A DNA stretch of 64,000 nucleotides from Candidatus Bathyarchaeia archaeon (GTDB taxonomy: Archaea > Thermoproteota > Bathyarchaeia > Bathyarchaeales > Bathycorpusculaceae), in assembly GCA_049516875.1 (NCBI GenBank), contig JBEKSS010000010.1, forward strand, positions 1 to 64,000, in the 5' to 3' direction. Numbering within the stretch: position 1 is the first letter of the stretch; every line of letters starts with the position of its first letter. The notes beneath the pieces are model-generated. The model saw nothing but the letters and a program-made list of their open reading frames with translations. It was not told where the DNA came from and searched no databases. Shown here piece by piece: positions 60,184 through 64,000 of the stretch. The position numbers and the translations under genes are program-made.

Positions 60184-62031
60184 TTGTTTGGTTATGCAGG
60201 GCGTGTACTTTATGTTGATTTAACATCAGGAAAAACTCACACCGAACCCCTGAACGAAGAGTATGCCAAGAAATACATAGGTGGAATAGGCTTGGGCATG
60301 CGACTGTGGCTAGACAATTCTAAACCCAAGATAGACCCGTTCGACCCGGAAAACCCGCTGGTCATTGCAAATGGCCCGATATCGGGCACGATGTGGCCTA
60401 CAGGCGGAAATGGACACGCTTTTGTTTCCAAGTCCCCGCAGTCCTTTGGAATAGGTGAAGCCAAAGCTCACGGCACTTTTGGAACGGAATTGAAAAGAGC
60501 AGGATATGACGCTGTAGTGTTCAAGGGCAAAGCCGAAAAACCAGTTTACGTCTGGATTGATGATGATTCAGTTCAGCTTTTGGATGCTTCAGGCTTGATG
60601 GGAAAATCGCCCGGGGAGACTGAAGATGCCATAAGAGAAGAGCTGGGCGACTACTACATCCGCGTTGCCTCCATAGGTGTGGCTGGCGAAAAGCTTTCTC
60701 GAATGGCATGTATAATCAACGACAAGACCCGCGCGGCTGGAAGAACCGGCTTAGGCGCGGTTATGGGTTCAAAGAATCTCAAGGCGGTTGCTGTGCGTGG
60801 AACACACGATGTCACGGTTGCAAAACTCGATGAATTCATGGAGTACGTGAAGGAATTTCATGAAAGAATGAAAGGCCCTGCCACGCAGAAATACAGAACG
60901 CTCGGCACGTCTGAAAACGTCCTTGTGCACAATTCACTGTCTTGTATGCCTACAAGAAACTATAATAACTCAAGATTTGAAGGTGCGGAGAAGGTCAGCG
61001 GTGAATGTCTAAACGAGAAATACGTCGCAAAAATCATCGGATGCAGTTCTTGCGCGATGCGGTGTGAACACATGTGTGTAGTCCCAGAGGGACCATACAA
61101 GAACACGATGACACGGATGGAGTATGAAACGTTGTGGGCGCTTGGTCCCTACTGTGGGGTAGATAGACTTGACGCCATCATAAAAGGAATGGAACTTACG
61201 AACTACTACGGCATGGATGCAATCAGCGCAGGCGTAACTGTCGGTTTTGCAATGGACTGCTACGAAAGAGGCATATTGACTCAGAAGGAACTCGACGGGA
61301 TAGACGCGAAATTCGGCAACGCCGAAGCAATGGTTCAACTGGTTGAGAAAATCGGTAAACGTGAAGGCATCGGCGATGTGCTGGCGGATGGAGCCAAGTT
61401 TGCAGCTGACCGCATAGGCAAGGATTCCTACAAGTTGGCGGCAACCATAAAAGGGGTTGAAATCACAGGTTATGACTTGAGATGCCTCAAGACAGCCGCG
61501 TTAGGTTTTGCTGTTTCATTCCGGGGAGCTGACCACAACAGGCATGGAGCCTACGCTTTTGACGTAAAAGGAAAAGTCAACAGGCTTATAGCTGAAAAAG
61601 GCAGAGGCAAGCTTGTCAAAGACATGGAAGATGTCTACAACCTCATCGACTCATTCATCGTCTGCAAGTTTTCAAGAGGCACATACTACAAAGAACTGCC
61701 GGATATGGCAAAGCTTTACACTTTGGTAACCGGATTCGAAATGACACCTGAAGAACTGAAGAAAACAGGCGAAAGAATACAAAACATTGCCAAACTAATC
61801 AACATCAGAGAAGGATTAGGAAGGAAAGACGACACGTTGCCATACAAGGTCATGCACGAACCAATTCCAGACGAAGGCCCATCCAAAGGAGCCATGGTTA
61901 CACAGCAAGAACTGGACCTGCTTCTAGACGATTATTATGAGTCCCGAGGATGGACAAAAGAAGGAGTACCAACCGTGGAAAAGCTCAAGGAGTTAGGAAT
62001 TGACGACCTGATTCACGTCATCCACAAATAA
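60184..62031 (+). CDS. aor: Aldehyde:ferredoxin oxidoreductase family (tungstopterin) enzyme
   Basis: AAGRTGLGAVMGSKNLKA, CSSCAMRC, EYET, DDTLP, YYESRGW. Confidence 0.93.
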   Translation: MFGYAGRVLYVDLTSGKTHTEPLNEEYAKKYIGGIGLGMRLWLDNSKPKIDPFDPENPLVIANGPISGTMWPTGGNGHAFVSKSPQSFGIGEAKAHGTFGTELKRAGYDAVVFKGKAEKPVYVWIDDDSVQLLDASGLMGKSPGETEDAIREELGDYYIRVASIGVAGEKLSRMACIINDKTRAAGRTGLGAVMGSKNLKAVAVRGTHDVTVAKLDEFMEYVKEFHERMKGPATQKYRTLGTSENVLVHNSLSCMPTRNYNNSRFEGAEKVSGECLNEKYVAKIIGCSSCAMRCEHMCVVPEGPYKNTMTRMEYETLWALGPYCGVDRLDAIIKGMELTNYYGMDAISAGVTVGFAMDCYERGILTQKELDGIDAKFGNAEAMVQLVEKIGKREGIGDVLADGAKFAADRIGKDSYKLAATIKGVEITGYDLRCLKTAALGFAVSFRGADHNRHGAYAFDVKGKVNRLIAEKGRGKLVKDMEDVYNLIDSFIVCKFSRGTYYKELPDMAKLYTLVTGFEMTPEELKKTGERIQNIAKLINIREGLGRKDDTLPYKVMHEPIPDEGPSKGAMVTQQELDLLLDDYYESRGWTKEGVPTVEKLKELGIDDLIHVIHK

Positions 62032-62555
62032 TGGAGGAAAAGAAAATGGTGAAGATTCATGAGAAAAAATTCGTTTCAGCAGACCCAGACAAGTGCGTAG
62101 GATGCCAAGTCTGCGAATACATCTGCTCATTAACTAAAGACAAGGCGTTCAACCCGCTGAAATCGAGAATACGAGTCGTCAGAATAAACCAGCTGATAAA
62201 CATGGCTGTTACATGCAGACTGTGCGAAGACCCGCCCTGCGTTGCTGCCTGCCCAAGAGAAGCATTGACCCAGTCTGAAGAAACAGGGGTGATAAGCGTA
62301 GACAAAGACAAGTGCAACGGATGCGGATGGTGCATCGAAGCATGCGACTATGGAGCAATCATGCTGCACCCGGAAAACAAGGTCGTCTACGTCTGTGACC
62401 TGTGCAAAGAAAAAGGAGAACCGCAATGCGTCAAATGGTGCCCAGAGGAAGCCCTAGAAGTAACCACAAGCGACGTCCTAGCCCAAAAAGCAAGAATAAC
62501 AGCCGTGAAAAAACTGTTCCAAGAAGCCGTGAAAGAAACCCAGAAAACCTCCTAG
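62031..62555 (+). CDS. 4Fe-4S dicluster (DmsB/HybA-like) electron transfer subunit
   Basis: Four CxxCxxC-type clusters; translationally coupled to aor. Confidence 0.92.
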   Translation: MEEKKMVKIHEKKFVSADPDKCVGCQVCEYICSLTKDKAFNPLKSRIRVVRINQLINMAVTCRLCEDPPCVAACPREALTQSEETGVISVDKDKCNGCGWCIEACDYGAIMLHPENKVVYVCDLCKEKGEPQCVKWCPEEALEVTTSDVLAQKARITAVKKLFQEAVKETQKTS

Positions 62556-62697
62556 GCCTTTTTTCCCAGGATAGCTCTGGGTCAATTTTCATAGCACGTG
62601 CGATTCATTAAGGACGCGTGCTCTAGAGGTTCTAATGTTAGGTAATATTGGTAGTACCGAAAAAAGATGGGACAGCTGATGTGCCAGTCTGTAGTGT

Positions 62698-63828
62698 TCA
62701 CTCGAGGACGAAGATGTTCCTCGTGCGGCCCATTTCCTTCAGTATTTTCGGCCACACGGTGACGCTGACCTCGCCGAGGTGTGCTTTCTTAAGTATTGCC
62801 ATTTGGGTGCGGGACTGCCCTATGCCGCCTCCGATGCTTAGCGGAATCTCGTTTTTCATTATGGCCTGGTGGTACGGGTACTTGAGAAAGTCGAGCTGGC
62901 CAGACATCTCTAGTTGCTTCTTAAGAGTGTCTGCGTTGACTCGTATGCCCATCGATGACAGTTCGTGGCGGCGCTTCGTGACAGGGTTCCAGACGAGGAT
63001 GTCGCCGTTGAGACCGTGCATCGGTTTTCCGTCCTTTGACTTCGTCTCCGTTACCCAGTCATCATAGTCTGCCGCCCTCATTTCATGTGGATAACCGTCT
63101 TTGAGGGGCCAGCCGATTCCATAAATGAATATTCCGGGGTACTCCTGCAGAATTCTCGTCTCGCGCTGCTTGCGGGGTAAGTTGGGGTATTTGTCAAGGA
63201 TCTCCTCGGCGTGAAGGAATGTAAGCTTGTCTGGGAGGTCGGGATACTTGTCTGTCTTCAATTGAGGACAGAGTTTCTGTACGTGTTTCTCGGCGCCCTT
63301 GATGACCTTCCAGATTCTCTCCACGGTTTCGGTGAGGTACTTGAGGTTACGCTCCTTCTCGGTTATCGCCTTTTCCCAGTCCCACTGGTCAACGTAGGCA
63401 CTGTGGTCATGGTCGAGGAAATAGTCCTTGCGCACGGCACGCATGTCAGTGCACAGACCCTCGCCCGGCTTCATCCCGAATTCTTTCAGGGCCATCCGCT
63501 TCCACTTGGTCGCAGCCTGGACGATTTGAGCGTCGACCGGATGCTTGTCATAATCGTTTGAAATGTGGAACTGAATGGGTGTACGCGAGCCATCACGATC
63601 CAAAAGGTCGTTGACGCCGCTCTCGACGTCCACGATGAGGGGAACCTGGACCATTATCAGATTGAGCTCTTTGCACAGGTTTTCCTCGATGTAGGTCTTC
63701 ACTGCAGAGATCGCTTTCTGTGTGTCTTTCGGATTCAAAATAGAGTAGTAGTCTTTTGGCAGAATCTTCTCCAGCTCCTCGTAGCTGCCGATACCGGGGC
63801 CTGCGAGGTCGGCTTTCTTGTCCGACAT
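62698..63828 (-). CDS. asnA: Aspartate-ammonia ligase (bacterial-type AsnA)
   Basis: KWKR, HSAYVDQWDWE, RAADYDDW, ELSSMGIRV, IGGGIGQSR. Confidence 0.93.
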   Translation of the reverse strand: MSDKKADLAGPGIGSYEELEKILPKDYYSILNPKDTQKAISAVKTYIEENLCKELNLIMVQVPLIVDVESGVNDLLDRDGSRTPIQFHISNDYDKHPVDAQIVQAATKWKRMALKEFGMKPGEGLCTDMRAVRKDYFLDHDHSAYVDQWDWEKAITEKERNLKYLTETVERIWKVIKGAEKHVQKLCPQLKTDKYPDLPDKLTFLHAEEILDKYPNLPRKQRETRILQEYPGIFIYGIGWPLKDGYPHEMRAADYDDWVTETKSKDGKPMHGLNGDILVWNPVTKRRHELSSMGIRVNADTLKKQLEMSGQLDFLKYPYHQAIMKNEIPLSIGGGIGQSRTQMAILKKAHLGEVSVTVWPKILKEMGRTRNIFVLE

Positions 63829-64000
63829 ATAATCACACATCGAATCCGATACTGAGCCCCATAATATAAGTTTTCAGTTGGGATCGCATGTGAATCCAAC
63901 ATTGCCATGGTAGTTGTGATCGGAATCAGAGGTCAACGCGCACTACTGTGACTATCGCGGAAGCAGTTCAAGCAATGTCTGGACGATTTCCTTCTCAGAC

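Noticed and set aside
63953-64000. Possible 3' end of a minus-strand gene (...SEKEIVQTLLELLPR*)
   Set aside because: Too short at the window edge to call.

Overview
Archaeal chromosome segment. Gene content (aEF-2 paralog, PurP-like protein, split GuaAA/AB, AOR, NosD/dockerin surface proteins, intron-containing tRNAs) suggests Bathyarchaeia; that assignment is inference. Layout: 1-8.2 kb oxidative-stress and redox genes; 8.6-15.3 kb a ~6.4 kb element integrated in tRNA-Pro(GGG) with an SSV-type split tyrosine integrase and two HEPN cargo genes, followed by a decayed second integrase; 15.4-34.1 kb accessory block (orphan DNA methyltransferase, three very large surface proteins, and a (PTMK)10 repeat peptide facing an RRE/PqqD-M50 protease); 34.4-64 kb core metabolism (purine synthesis, aEF-2 paralog, tRNA with CAU anticodon, methylmalonyl-CoA mutase/epimerase plus a transcarboxylase-like trio, soluble Sdh/Frd, AOR, AsnA). 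Two main observations: (1) the element-supplied 5' half of tRNA-Pro carries a 44-nt D-loop insert, probably an intron, whose antisense strand is integrase coding sequence needed to keep the reconstituted integrase in frame; (2) a candidate archaeal RiPP-like multicopy-core peptide paired with an RRE-M50 protease. All calls are by eye from motifs; no searches were run.
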